From assembly GCA_017889625.1 (NCBI GenBank), contig JAGGAD010000023.1, positions 238-64,237 of the forward strand: a DNA stretch of 64,000 bases, given 5' to 3'. Each line of letters opens with the position of its first letter. Position 1 is the stretch's first letter. This document shows, one piece after another, positions 41,760-51,476 of this stretch. The notes under the pieces were generated by a model, which was not told the origin of the DNA, made no database searches, and saw only the letters and a list, made by a program, of their open reading frames with translations. Source of the DNA: Bacillota bacterium. Lineage in GTDB: Bacteria; Bacillota; Negativicutes; Sporomusales; CTSoil-080. The translations under genes were made by a program, and so were the position numbers.

Positions 41760-42122
41760 TTGCCAAGGATAATTGTACTTATTCTAATTTGGTGCTGTAT
41801 TAACACCGTGGGGGAAATTTTGCTTAAATTTGGGGCTGCCTCTTTGAGTGAACCGACTTCTTTGTCCAGCTTACTGGGCGTGTTGTTGGAAGTAGTTCAA
41901 AACCCACGGGTATTGTTGGGAATAGTTGCATGTGCCGCTGATTTACTGTTATGGATATATATTCTTAAAAGTGGAGAACTCAGTGTGGTTGCGCCGCTGA
42001 GCGCCGTTAATTATATTTTTGCTGCCGGCGCAGGTTGGCTTTTATTTGGTGAGACCCTATCGATGAATCGAATAATTGGCGTGTTGTTTATTTGCGGCGG
42101 GGCATTTTTTATCAGTCGCTGA
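41760..42122 (+). CDS. Small DMT/EamA (ArnE/F- or SMR-like) 4-TM transporter
   Basis: GEILLKFG, W..IL...ELS...PL.A.NY, LFGE.LS..RIIG; TTG start after GGGG SD. Confidence 0.8.
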   Translation: MPRIIVLILIWCCINTVGEILLKFGAASLSEPTSLSSLLGVLLEVVQNPRVLLGIVACAADLLLWIYILKSGELSVVAPLSAVNYIFAAGAGWLLFGETLSMNRIIGVLFICGGAFFISR

Positions 42123-42226
42123 ACTTTACGCAGTAGTTGTAGTGGAAAGAATAAAAATAGTACCTGGCGGATAGTATTACTCCTATAGATATTATGTCTA
42201 ACTAAAGAGAGTAGGCGCAGTGTGAT

Positions 42227-44638
42227 ATGATTTCAGGTATAAACGAAGGTCAGCTAACGGTTAAGTCACCTGGGGTAGCAGGCGGACTGGTTGATTCGGA
42301 GGAGCTTCAGAAGTTAGATCGGTATTGGCGGGCCACGCTTTATCTTTGTGTGGGCATGATCTTTTTAAAGGATAATCCGCTGTTGACAGAGCCGTTAAAG
42401 ATTGACCACGTCAAGAAGCGGCTGTTGGGGCATTGGGGAACTGACCCTGGACAGGCCTTCATTTGGGTCCATCTCAATCGCGTGATCAAAAAATATGACT
42501 TGAATATGATTTATATTTCAGGACCCGGTCATGGTGCGCCGGCCACGCTGGCCAACGCCTATCTCGAAGGGACTTATTCCGAAGTTTACCCTGATAAGAG
42601 TGAAGACTATGACGGCATGCTGAATTTCTTCAAACAATTCTCGTTTCCCGGGGGGATAGGCAGTCACTGTACTCCCGAAACGCCTGGTTCGATTCATGAG
42701 GGCGGAGAATTAGGATATAGTCTTTCCCACGCGTTTGGTGCAGCTTTTGATAATCCGGATTTGATCGTTGCGGTGGTTGTGGGTGACGGCGAGGCGGAGA
42801 CCGGACCGCTGGCGGCTTCGTGGCATTCCAACAAATTTCTTAATCCGGTTAGGGATGGGGCGGTACTGCCAATTTTGCATCTAAACGGTTATAAGATCGC
42901 GAATCCGACGGTATTGGGACGGATTCGCCGTCGGCAGTTGGAGAGTTTGTTTATCGGGTATGGGTATAAGCCCTATTTTGTTGAAGGGTCTGATCCTAGC
43001 GCGGTGCATCAGGTGATGGCTGAGACGCTGGAAATTGTCATAACGGAAATTAAGGATATTCAGTATGCGGCACGGACTAAAGGGAGTAAGGAAATGACGG
43101 AGTGGCCAATGATTGTGCTTCGTACGCCTAAAGGGTGGACGGGTCCTAAGGAAGTGGAAGGACATAAAGTCGAGGATTTCTGGCGGGCTCATCAGGTACC
43201 GTTTGAGGTAGGGGATGAGCCCGGCAAGCTGAAGTTGTTAGAAGCTTGGCTACGGAGCTATAAACCAGAGGAGTTGTTTGATCAAGCTGGTAAGTTGATG
43301 AAGGAGCTGAAGGAATTAGCTCCCACCGGCCTGCGGCGAATGAGCGCCAATATGGTTGCTAATGGCGGACTTCTGCGTAAGCCGCTTCGCTTGCCTGACT
43401 TCGAAAATTATGCGGTGGCGGTGAATGAGCCGGGTGTGGCCAGGGTCGAGAATACCGAGGTTCTTGGCATTTATTTGTGTGATGTAATGCGCCAGAATAT
43501 GGCTAGTTTCCGGGTTTTTTGTCCGGATGAAACTGCCTCTAATCGTCTTACTGCTATTTACGGAGCTACTAAGAAGACCTGGCTGGCACTAGTAAAGCCT
43601 GAGGATGCTGACGGCGGAGAATTGTCGCCTGATGGCCGGGTGATGGAAATACTCAGTGAGCATACGCTAGAAGGGTGGCTGGAAGGTTATTTGTTGAGTG
43701 GACGCCATGGGCTGTTTGCTTCTTATGAGGCTTTCATTCATGTAATTGACTCGATGTTTAACCAGCATGCCAAATGGCTGGCGAAATGCCGGGAGATCCC
43801 CTGGCGAGCGTCGGTAGCTTCGCTCAATATTTTGGTTACTTCTACTGTTTGGCGGCAGGATCATAATGGTTTTAGCCACCAAGACCCTGGTTTTTTAGAG
43901 GTGGTCACTAATAAAAGCCCGGATGTTACTCGTATTTATTTGGCCCCCGATGCGAACTGTCTGTTGTCGGTGGTGGCTCACTGTCTGCGCAGTACGGATT
44001 ATGTTAATGTTATTGTTTCCGATAAAAAACCGCATCTCCAATATTTGAGCATGGAGGAGGCGGTCAAGCATTGTTCTAAGGGCATCGGTATTTGGGGTTG
44101 GGCCAGCACTGACCGGGATAGTGAACCTGATGTGGTGATGGCTTGCGCGGGGGATATTGCCAGCTTGGAAGCTTTGGCGGCGACGGCGTTGTTAAGGGAG
44201 CGGTTTCCCGAGCTAAAGATCCGCTTTATTAATGTTGTCGACTTGTTTAAGCTGATACCTAAAAGTGAACATCCCCATGGATTGTCGGAGCTGGATTTTA
44301 TTAGTCTGTTCACTAGCGATAAGCCGGTAGTGTTTAACTTTCACGGCTATCCTTGGCTTATTCATAAGTTGACCTATCGGCGGAGTAATCAACAGAATAT
44401 TCATGTGCGGGGCTATAAAGAGCAGGGAAATATTAATACGCCGTTGGAACTTGCCATGTTGAATCAGACGGACCGTTTCAATCTGGCGATTGATGTTATT
44501 GACCGGGTAGCGAAACTTCAGGTGGTTGGGGCTCATGTCAAAGAGTGGTTGAAAGACCAGATTATTGAGAATACCAACTATGCTTATGAGCATGGCGTAG
44601 ATAAGCCGGAGATCACAGAATGGAAGTGGCCGTATTGA
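42227..44638 (+). CDS. xfp: Phosphoketolase (xylulose-5-P/fructose-6-P)
   Basis: [50 protein letters not shown]. Confidence 0.97.
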   Translation: MISGINEGQLTVKSPGVAGGLVDSEELQKLDRYWRATLYLCVGMIFLKDNPLLTEPLKIDHVKKRLLGHWGTDPGQAFIWVHLNRVIKKYDLNMIYISGPGHGAPATLANAYLEGTYSEVYPDKSEDYDGMLNFFKQFSFPGGIGSHCTPETPGSIHEGGELGYSLSHAFGAAFDNPDLIVAVVVGDGEAETGPLAASWHSNKFLNPVRDGAVLPILHLNGYKIANPTVLGRIRRRQLESLFIGYGYKPYFVEGSDPSAVHQVMAETLEIVITEIKDIQYAARTKGSKEMTEWPMIVLRTPKGWTGPKEVEGHKVEDFWRAHQVPFEVGDEPGKLKLLEAWLRSYKPEELFDQAGKLMKELKELAPTGLRRMSANMVANGGLLRKPLRLPDFENYAVAVNEPGVARVENTEVLGIYLCDVMRQNMASFRVFCPDETASNRLTAIYGATKKTWLALVKPEDADGGELSPDGRVMEILSEHTLEGWLEGYLLSGRHGLFASYEAFIHVIDSMFNQHAKWLAKCREIPWRASVASLNILVTSTVWRQDHNGFSHQDPGFLEVVTNKSPDVTRIYLAPDANCLLSVVAHCLRSTDYVNVIVSDKKPHLQYLSMEEAVKHCSKGIGIWGWASTDRDSEPDVVMACAGDIASLEALAATALLRERFPELKIRFINVVDLFKLIPKSEHPHGLSELDFISLFTSDKPVVFNFHGYPWLIHKLTYRRSNQQNIHVRGYKEQGNINTPLELAMLNQTDRFNLAIDVIDRVAKLQVVGAHVKEWLKDQIIENTNYAYEHGVDKPEITEWKWPY

Positions 44639-44737
44639 TGACATTTGTTGAGAGACTTTTGTTTAACAACCCTAAATTTTGGTAAAAAAGTTTTGCTAAT
44701 TGTTAATGTCGGTTCGCTAGAAAATGTAAATATGGAA

Positions 44738-44775
44738 ATGACTAAAAGCCACGAAGCCCGTGGCTTTTAGTCATT
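44738..44775 (+). terminator. Terminator after xfp
   Basis: atgactaaaagccacg / cgtggcttttagtcat. Confidence 0.75.
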
Positions 44776-44873
44776 GTATGGGGTTGCCGGGAGAAGGCCT
44801 GAGTAAAAAGGAGTAAAAAGCACGAGAGAAATTCTGAAAGTATAGTTTGAATAGCGGGGAATGAAGTAGTTTA

Positions 44874-44950
44874 TTGACAATATTAAGCGTAACATATATA
44901 ATACAAAATATAGAAAAATGTAATACAAAGAATAATGAGCAGTATTACAA
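44874..44950 (+). promoter_or_regulatory. Consensus SigA promoter with downstream inverted repeat
   Basis: TTGACA(44874)-17-TATAAT(44897); TGTAATAC...GTATTACA downstream. Confidence 0.7.
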
Positions 44951-45000
44951 TAAATGAATATTGTGAATAAAATGATTTTAGATTTGAGGAGCGTTAGAGG

Positions 45001-45156
45001 ATGAACCTTATTTTAGCTTTGGGTGGCGGAATATTAGTGGGAGTTATTTTTTCAGCGGTACATATTCCCTTGCCGGCACCTCCTACACTGGCTGGTATTT
45101 TAGCAACTGTTGGCGTATTTTTGGGGTATCAGGTCTATCACTTATTTTCTTGCTGA
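45001..45156 (+). CDS. XapX/DUF1427 small membrane protein (51 aa), not in ORF track
   Basis: G.LVG.IFS...IPLPAPPTLAG.....G.FLGY signature; SD GAGGAG. Confidence 0.85.
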   Translation: MNLILALGGGILVGVIFSAVHIPLPAPPTLAGILATVGVFLGYQVYHLFSC

Positions 45157-45493
45157 AGGCTGAATATTGGTTTCGGGCCAATATTTCGATATATTTTTAA
45201 GGAATAGGTTATGAATTTGCCGCAAATACGGACGGTAGATGCATTTAGATATAAAATCGCTTGATGGATTAGCAGCAACCGGTGAATTAGGCACCAGTGC
45301 TTCACAACTGATACCAGCAGACTAGCTTAATAAATATGAGTAGAACCCCCTAAGCGTGGTTCTACTCATATTAGCTTTGGAAGATTTATATGTAAATGTG
45401 TTTAGATAGGGCATTTTATACATGAACCTGAATTAATGGTGTAAAAAGCTATGATATATTCTTGTCTAAAACTTTTAATTTGAGGTAACGATA

Positions 45494-45616
45494 ATGTCAC
45501 AGAAGCTATTTAAGGGGAAGCATTTTCAGTCTGAAATAATAATGATATGCGTTTGCTGGTAGCTCAAATAACCATTAAGTTACAGAATGTTGATGGAAAT
45601 GATGGTTGAAAGAGGC
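45494..45616 (+). pseudogene. IS6-family transposase 5' remnant
   Basis: MSQKLFKGKHFQSEIIMICVCW*LK*PLSYRMLMEMMVERG matches the IS6 N-terminus FKGRHF...VRWY..Y.LSYR...EM..ERG; two stops, truncated. Confidence 0.8.
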
Positions 45617-45719
45617 GGAGGAAAAAATTTTCTTTTAATGAAATTTTTGCACCGGAGGCCAATAGAGATGTGATACAATAATTGTTAGTGTAAATAATAA
45701 GAAAAGAAGGTATTTGTTC

Positions 45720-47099
45720 ATGGAAAGAAAAAATGTTTGGGCAAAATATGATAAAGCCGATTTAAAGGAATTAGAAGCGGTTAATAATGAATATCTAAAT
45801 TTCTTAGATAACGGAAAGACCGAGCGAGAATGCGTTAAAACTGCTGTAAAAATGGTGGAAAAGTTTGGCTATAAAAATCTTGCTGATATCATAAAAAATA
45901 AAACCAAGTTAAAGGCCGGCGACAAAGTATACGCTACAAGCATGAAGAAAGCGATTGCTGTATTTTTAATTGGTGAAAATCAAATTGAAGAAGGCATGAA
46001 TATCTTGGGGGCGCACATAGACTCGCCCAGACTTGACATTAAGCAAAATCCATTATATGAGGATACAGAGTTAGCTTATCTTGATACTCATTATTATGGC
46101 GGAATAAAAAAATATCAATGGGTTACGTTACCTCTGGCAATTCACGGTGTTGTAGTAAAAAAAGATGGAACGGTCGTAGAAATAGTAATTGGTGAAAATG
46201 AGAAAGATCCCGTTGTGTTTATTTCAGATTTGCTTATTCATTTATCGCATGAGCAACTTGAAAAGAAGGCAGATAAAGTAATTGAAGGCGAAGATCTTAA
46301 TATCATTATCGGCAATAAGCCGTTAATCGGCGAAGAGAAAGATGCCGTAAGAAAACAGATTTTAAAACTTATCAAGGATACATATGATATTGAGGAAGAA
46401 GATTTTATTTCCGCCGAATTAGAAGTGGTTCCAGCGGGGAAAGCACGGGAAGCGGGAATTGATAAAAGCATGATTATGGCTTACGGTCATGATGACAGGG
46501 TATGCGCTTATACTTCGCTAGCGGCAATGCTCGAATTTGACAGCGTAAAAACAACAGCTTGTACAATCCTTGTGGACAAGGAAGAGATCGGTAGTGTTGG
46601 TGCAACTGGCATGCAATCAAAATTTTTTGAGAATACAGTAGCAGAAGTATTAAATGCAATGGGCGGGTATTCAGAGCTTATACTTAGAAGAACACTTGCT
46701 AATTCAAGAATGTTATCATCAGATGTTAGCGCAGCCTTTGATCCCACGTTTGCTTCCGCTTTTGAGAAGAAAAATGCCGCTTATTTTGCCAAAGGTATGG
46801 TATTCAACAAATTTACCGGCGCAAGGGGAAAATCAGGTTCAAATGATGCAAATGCAGAATATATTGGAAGATTAAGATGTATTTTAGATGAACATAAAGT
46901 TGCATATCAGACAGCAGAACTGGGAAAAGTTGATGTAGGCGGTGGCGGTACGATTGCCTATATTTTATCGCTTTATGGGATGGAAGTAATAGACTGTGGT
47001 GTTGCTGTGCTTAATATGCATGCTCCTTGGGAAGTTGTAAGCAAGGCGGATGTATACGAAACTAAAAAGGGTTATATGGCATTTTTATCTTCAATATAA
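45720..47099 (+). CDS. apeA: M18 family aminopeptidase
   Basis: GKTERE, AHIDSPRLD, HYYGGIKKYQW, DDRVC, DKEEIGS, MHAPWE. Confidence 0.92.
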   Translation: MERKNVWAKYDKADLKELEAVNNEYLNFLDNGKTERECVKTAVKMVEKFGYKNLADIIKNKTKLKAGDKVYATSMKKAIAVFLIGENQIEEGMNILGAHIDSPRLDIKQNPLYEDTELAYLDTHYYGGIKKYQWVTLPLAIHGVVVKKDGTVVEIVIGENEKDPVVFISDLLIHLSHEQLEKKADKVIEGEDLNIIIGNKPLIGEEKDAVRKQILKLIKDTYDIEEEDFISAELEVVPAGKAREAGIDKSMIMAYGHDDRVCAYTSLAAMLEFDSVKTTACTILVDKEEIGSVGATGMQSKFFENTVAEVLNAMGGYSELILRRTLANSRMLSSDVSAAFDPTFASAFEKKNAAYFAKGMVFNKFTGARGKSGSNDANAEYIGRLRCILDEHKVAYQTAELGKVDVGGGGTIAYILSLYGMEVIDCGVAVLNMHAPWEVVSKADVYETKKGYMAFLSSI

Positions 47100-47133
47100 G
47101 CGATCACAGTGACACTATTAACCAGAAAATTTG

Positions 47134-47200
47134 TGTACAGCTCTCCTAAAGGTGGACAGTGAAAATGTAAAACTGTTCACCTTTAGGAGAGCATTTTCTA
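47134..47200. mobile_element. Possible collapsed IS3-like element (two fused terminal IRs), also usable as a terminator
   Basis: 21-bp IR GCTCTCCTAAAGGTGGACAGT / ACTGTTCACCTTTAGGAGAGC with TG start, resembling IS150-group ends. Confidence 0.35.
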
Positions 47201-47368
47201 TTGGCTGGAAAGAGTGGGTTTGTGATTGGCAGGTTAGACTTAAAGTTGATGGAATAGGACCGTCCCCGCTGTCGCTTGTGAAGTTTACACTTGGTTGTAT
47301 TTTCAATTAGTGATAATATTATGTCATATAATACTTTAAATCAATATTAAAATATAATGGAGGTAATG

Positions 47369-48329
47369 ATGGTTCTTAAAACAATGAAAGCATTAGTTTA
47401 TCATGGACCGGGAAAGATTAGTCTTGATGATGTTCCAATACCAACAATTAAGAAGCCCACCGATGTGATTTTAAAGGTGACACTTTCTGCAATCTGCGGA
47501 AGTGATATTCATATAACGGAAGGTCATACAACAGTAGAGTATCCTAAAATCGTTGGCCACGAATTTTGCGGTGAGGTCGTTGAAATCGGCACTGAAGTCA
47601 GTAAGCTGGCAGTTGGCGATAAAGTTGCGGTATCGTGCTCAAGCCGAATATATTAGATTGCCGTTCGCGGAAAACTACTGCTATAAAATTCCGGATGATA
47701 TGACGGAAGAAGATCTTATTTTTGTTGGGGATATACTTTCAACCGGCTATTATGCTTCTTTGAAGGCTAATATTAAACCTGGTGATACTGTGGTTGTTAT
47801 CGGTACGGGTCCTGTGGGTATGTGTGCTATGGAAACGGCAAAACTATTTGGTCCATCAAAGATTATAGCAGTGAATAGAAACCAGGAGAGACTCGATTTT
47901 TGTATGCAGCATGGGCTTTCTGACATCGGTTTAAATCCGAAAAAAGTTGATGTTGTTGAGGAAGTATTGAAATATACTGATGGTCATGGCGCAGATTGTG
48001 TAATTGAAGCCGTAGGTGCGGAGGAAACGCTAAGACAGGCTATTGAAACGGTAAGGGTAGGTGGCAATGTTTCTACAGTAGGCGTTTATTCTCAGTCGAT
48101 TACCCTTCCGATGCAGTATTATTGGACCAAGAATCTTACATTATCTTGGGGATTTGTAACCGTTGACCATATACCAGAATTGATTAAGCTGATTCAAACC
48201 GGAAAAATTAACACTAAATTCTTAGCAACACATAAAGCGCCGCTCAATGATATTGTTAAAGGTTATGATGTTTTTAAAAACAGAAAAGAAAATTGTATTA
48301 AATGGCTAGTAACTCCTTATGAAAGCTAG
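47369..48329 (+). pseudogene. Zn-dependent alcohol dehydrogenase with internal deletion and frameshift
   Basis: ICGSD.H and GHEF.G in ORF1; QAEY.R.PFA, GDIL.TG, G.GPVG in ORF2; structural-zinc CxxCxxC loop missing at ~47640. Confidence 0.85.
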
Positions 48330-48374
48330 GGTTTTTCACTAATTTAAGCAATGACGTTAGTTATGCTAAAGCAG

Positions 48375-48453
48375 CATCACCCGTCAAACGGGTGTTTTAC
48401 TCGACAGTTATCGGCTGGCGTCTAAAGAGGCTGGATTTTACTTTGTTTAAGCC
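48375..48453. mobile_element. Possible IS200/IS605 end remnant
   Basis: CACCCGT-CAA-ACGGGTG hairpin resembling Firmicute IS200 terminal palindromes; no transposase. Confidence 0.3.
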
Positions 48454-48641
48454 TACATAATTGTATAGAAGCCGAAAACAGGCTGGTTGATCTGGCGATA
48501 TGATAATGATATAATAAATTTTGCAACGTGTAGTTATAACAACGTAAGTCCAGTTGTTATATCTGCGCGTTTTTTTTGCATTTTAGGGGTGAAATGGCGT
48601 TTAATTAATGAGTTGTAATTTACGTAGATTTGAGGCAAGCG

Positions 48642-49661
48642 ATGATTAAATTTGAAAGAAATACAGAACTAAATAGAGCAATGAAGAACCTCCTGCGTTC
48701 GATGGTTGATGTAGATGACTATGTCACGGCTATTCTTAATTATACGGAACGGGTTCTTACGCCGCAGAAGGAAAAAGAACTGATAAAGATATTGAAAAAA
48801 TACAAGATTCCTCATGACGGTTTGAAATATGATGTGAAAATCCTGACAGAGAATCCGTATTTTAGGGATGTTAAACTTGACAGCGTGGAGTCCAAGACGG
48901 TGAAGTATGAGAGGGACACCATCAGGAAAAGAACTTTAATGAGCATGAATTTTCATCAGCCGGTGGGAAAATACCTGTTCCACTATCATCCAATCGGATA
49001 TTTTGCAACAGATCTTGGTTTACCAGTCCTGAAAGAAGGCGGGAAGGTATGGATGTCACCTGTGATCAGTGAAATAGCGAGCATGGGAGACGGAATTGCA
49101 AAAGGGCAGGGAAAATGCTTGACCATGGGGCTGGGAATTGGATTTCTCCCATATCTTTGGTTGTTGAAGGATGAGGTCGAGAGTGTCACGGTGGTGGAAG
49201 TTAATGCTGATGTTATCCAGCTCTTTGAGACTTATATCCGGCCACAGTTCAAGACGGACAAGAAGCTCGAAATTATTCACGGTGATGCCTTTGATTATTA
49301 TAACGAAGCGTTCTTGAATCAGTTTGACTATGTGTATGTGGACTTCTGGGAATCTAGCGGAGATGGCTTGGGATTGTATACCAGGCTGATGCAGAAGCGG
49401 CTAGGCCTGCCGCAGATTGACTACTGGGTCGAGGATTCTATGCTCTACGATGTGAAATACATCCTAGCCCCGTATCTTTGCGCCATGTATGAAGGAAAGA
49501 GTGCAGCCAATTTTATTTTCTCTTTTGACGGTGATTTGAAGGAACTGGCGAATAAAGTAAATCGATACTTTAAGACCAGGAATGACGTGATAAGGACAGA
49601 AGCTGAGTTGTTGGGTATTATACATGGGAAAGAAGTTTTGCGAGAGATACTCGCACAATAG
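48642..49661 (+). CDS. Class I SAM-dependent methyltransferase-fold protein (spermidine synthase-like C-terminal part)
   Basis: CLTMGLGIGF, VTVVEVN, IHGDAF, YVDFW. Confidence 0.7.
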   Translation: MIKFERNTELNRAMKNLLRSMVDVDDYVTAILNYTERVLTPQKEKELIKILKKYKIPHDGLKYDVKILTENPYFRDVKLDSVESKTVKYERDTIRKRTLMSMNFHQPVGKYLFHYHPIGYFATDLGLPVLKEGGKVWMSPVISEIASMGDGIAKGQGKCLTMGLGIGFLPYLWLLKDEVESVTVVEVNADVIQLFETYIRPQFKTDKKLEIIHGDAFDYYNEAFLNQFDYVYVDFWESSGDGLGLYTRLMQKRLGLPQIDYWVEDSMLYDVKYILAPYLCAMYEGKSAANFIFSFDGDLKELANKVNRYFKTRNDVIRTEAELLGIIHGKEVLREILAQ

Positions 49662-49773
49662 TATTAAACGAATTAAAAGTGCTGGTCTATTGCGACGATT
49701 AAGTTTTGTAGGGAATTTGCAAGCTGAAAAAATACCTTGCAAAATCATATTATATAGAAATGAGTGAATAAAT

Positions 49774-50274
49774 ATGGACTCAATATTTATCAGGCGCAGT
49801 GTAAGAAAATATCTAAACCAGCCAGTTGAAAGCGAAAAAGTGGAGCAACTGCTGAAAGCGGCCATGCAGGCACCTTCAGCAGGTAATCAGCAGCCTTGGG
49901 AATTTATCGTTGTTCAGGATAAGAAATTGTTGTCTAAGCTGTCCCTATTGAGTCCGTATGCAGGACCGATTAATGAAGCCGCGGTTGCGATAGTTATGCT
50001 GGGGAATAAGGAAAACGTGAAGTTTCCCGAATATTTGCAGCAGGATCTTTCGGCGGCAACTCAAAATTTGCTATTACAAGCAGTTGAATTAGATTTAGGT
50101 GCGGTTTGGCTTGGTGTTGCACCAATAGAAGAACGAATGAAATATATTATGGAGTTGTTTGATTTGCCGGAGTCTATTATGCCATTTGCGGTAATACCAA
50201 TAGGATATCCTGAGACAGAAAATAAATATATTGATCGATACGAAAAAGTAAAAGTTCATTATGGTAGATATTAA
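49774..50274 (+). CDS. Nitroreductase family protein
   Basis: RRSVRKY, APSAGNQQPW, NLLL.A..L.LGAVWLG, IPIGYP. Confidence 0.93.
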   Translation: MDSIFIRRSVRKYLNQPVESEKVEQLLKAAMQAPSAGNQQPWEFIVVQDKKLLSKLSLLSPYAGPINEAAVAIVMLGNKENVKFPEYLQQDLSAATQNLLLQAVELDLGAVWLGVAPIEERMKYIMELFDLPESIMPFAVIPIGYPETENKYIDRYEKVKVHYGRY

Positions 50275-50440
50275 AATGAAATCAATTTTCTGATCAGGTA
50301 GAACTAGCAGCGAAATTACATACATTGGTTAGCGTTATTTGATTTTTTAAAAATGTTTTGAGGTATATACAATTTGGAATTAAATCATTTTTTGAGGATC
50401 AAGTCAATTGTCATATTTCAAAAGTGAAGGGGAAATGGCT

Positions 50441-51304
50441 GTGAAAAAGATCATTATTTTGTTGGTCGTGTTTATGTTTGCGATTCCAGTTATGAGTGTG
50501 CAGGCAGTAGCAAGCAAAGGAAAAATATTATTAGTTGCATCTAGTACAAGCACTCTAGAACTTAAAGACCATCGAAGTATGGCAACGGGTTTCTATCTTA
50601 ACGAACTTGCAGTTCCAGCCCTACGACTAATTGAAGAAGGCTATGAGGTTGTTGTAGCAACTCCAAACGGCAATAAGCCGGTTATGGATGCGCATTCTAG
50701 CAATGCTAAACTTTTCGGCAATGATCAGGCTGCTCTGCAACGGGCGCTTCACTTTGTCGATACATACCCAAGCATTCAGCACCCGATTACATTGAAGGAG
50801 GCCGTTGACAGTGGCTTGGATCAATATTCTGGCATTTATGTTCCAGGCGGTCATGCGCCAATGAACGATTTGATACAGGATGCTAGTTTAGGCGAGGTGC
50901 TACGTTATTTTCATCAACAAGCGAAACCTACAGCTTTTTTATGTCATGGACCAATTGCGGCATTGGCGGCGCTGACCGATGCATCAGCCTATCGGAAAGC
51001 GCTTGTAAACGGAGACTTTGATGCGCAGAAGTCAACTAGTGTAAACTGGCAGTATGCTGGCTATCATATGACGGTTTTCTCCAATGTGGAAGAGTATCCG
51101 GGTGAGAAGAAACTTCAGGGGCAAGTGCCGTTTTATGTCGCTGACGCTTTACAGATCGCGGGTGGCATAGTTGAACATGGGCCAATTATGAAGAGTTATG
51201 TTGTGCGAGATAGAGAACTGATTACTGGTCAAAACCCGGCTTCGGATCATGCGCTTGCTGAGGAACTTATTAAAGCATTAAACGAAAAACAAGCAGGTAA
51301 ATAA
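50441..51304 (+). CDS. DJ-1/PfpI (Hsp31-like) protein with N-terminal signal peptide
   Basis: GFYLNEL, PGGHAPM.DL, LCHGP, LITGQNPAS. Confidence 0.88.
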   Translation: MKKIIILLVVFMFAIPVMSVQAVASKGKILLVASSTSTLELKDHRSMATGFYLNELAVPALRLIEEGYEVVVATPNGNKPVMDAHSSNAKLFGNDQAALQRALHFVDTYPSIQHPITLKEAVDSGLDQYSGIYVPGGHAPMNDLIQDASLGEVLRYFHQQAKPTAFLCHGPIAALAALTDASAYRKALVNGDFDAQKSTSVNWQYAGYHMTVFSNVEEYPGEKKLQGQVPFYVADALQIAGGIVEHGPIMKSYVVRDRELITGQNPASDHALAEELIKALNEKQAGK

Positions 51305-51476
51305 TCGTTTGAATAGGTAGGAGATTATATGGCTTAATGCACAAGAATACGGGAAATTGATCGAAAGAGGAACTAAAACTTCCTCTTTCTCTTTTAGCGT
51401 TAGCATGAGGCAATCAAACAGTGAAATTGAGTGATGGGAAGAATGCTTTCATTATATTTAGGGAGTTATTAATTAA

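Noticed and set aside
47553-47660. Programmed frameshift or Sec/Pyl read-through joining the ADH halves
   Set aside because: No slippery site or in-frame stop at the junction, and conserved residues are physically missing, so a deletion fits better
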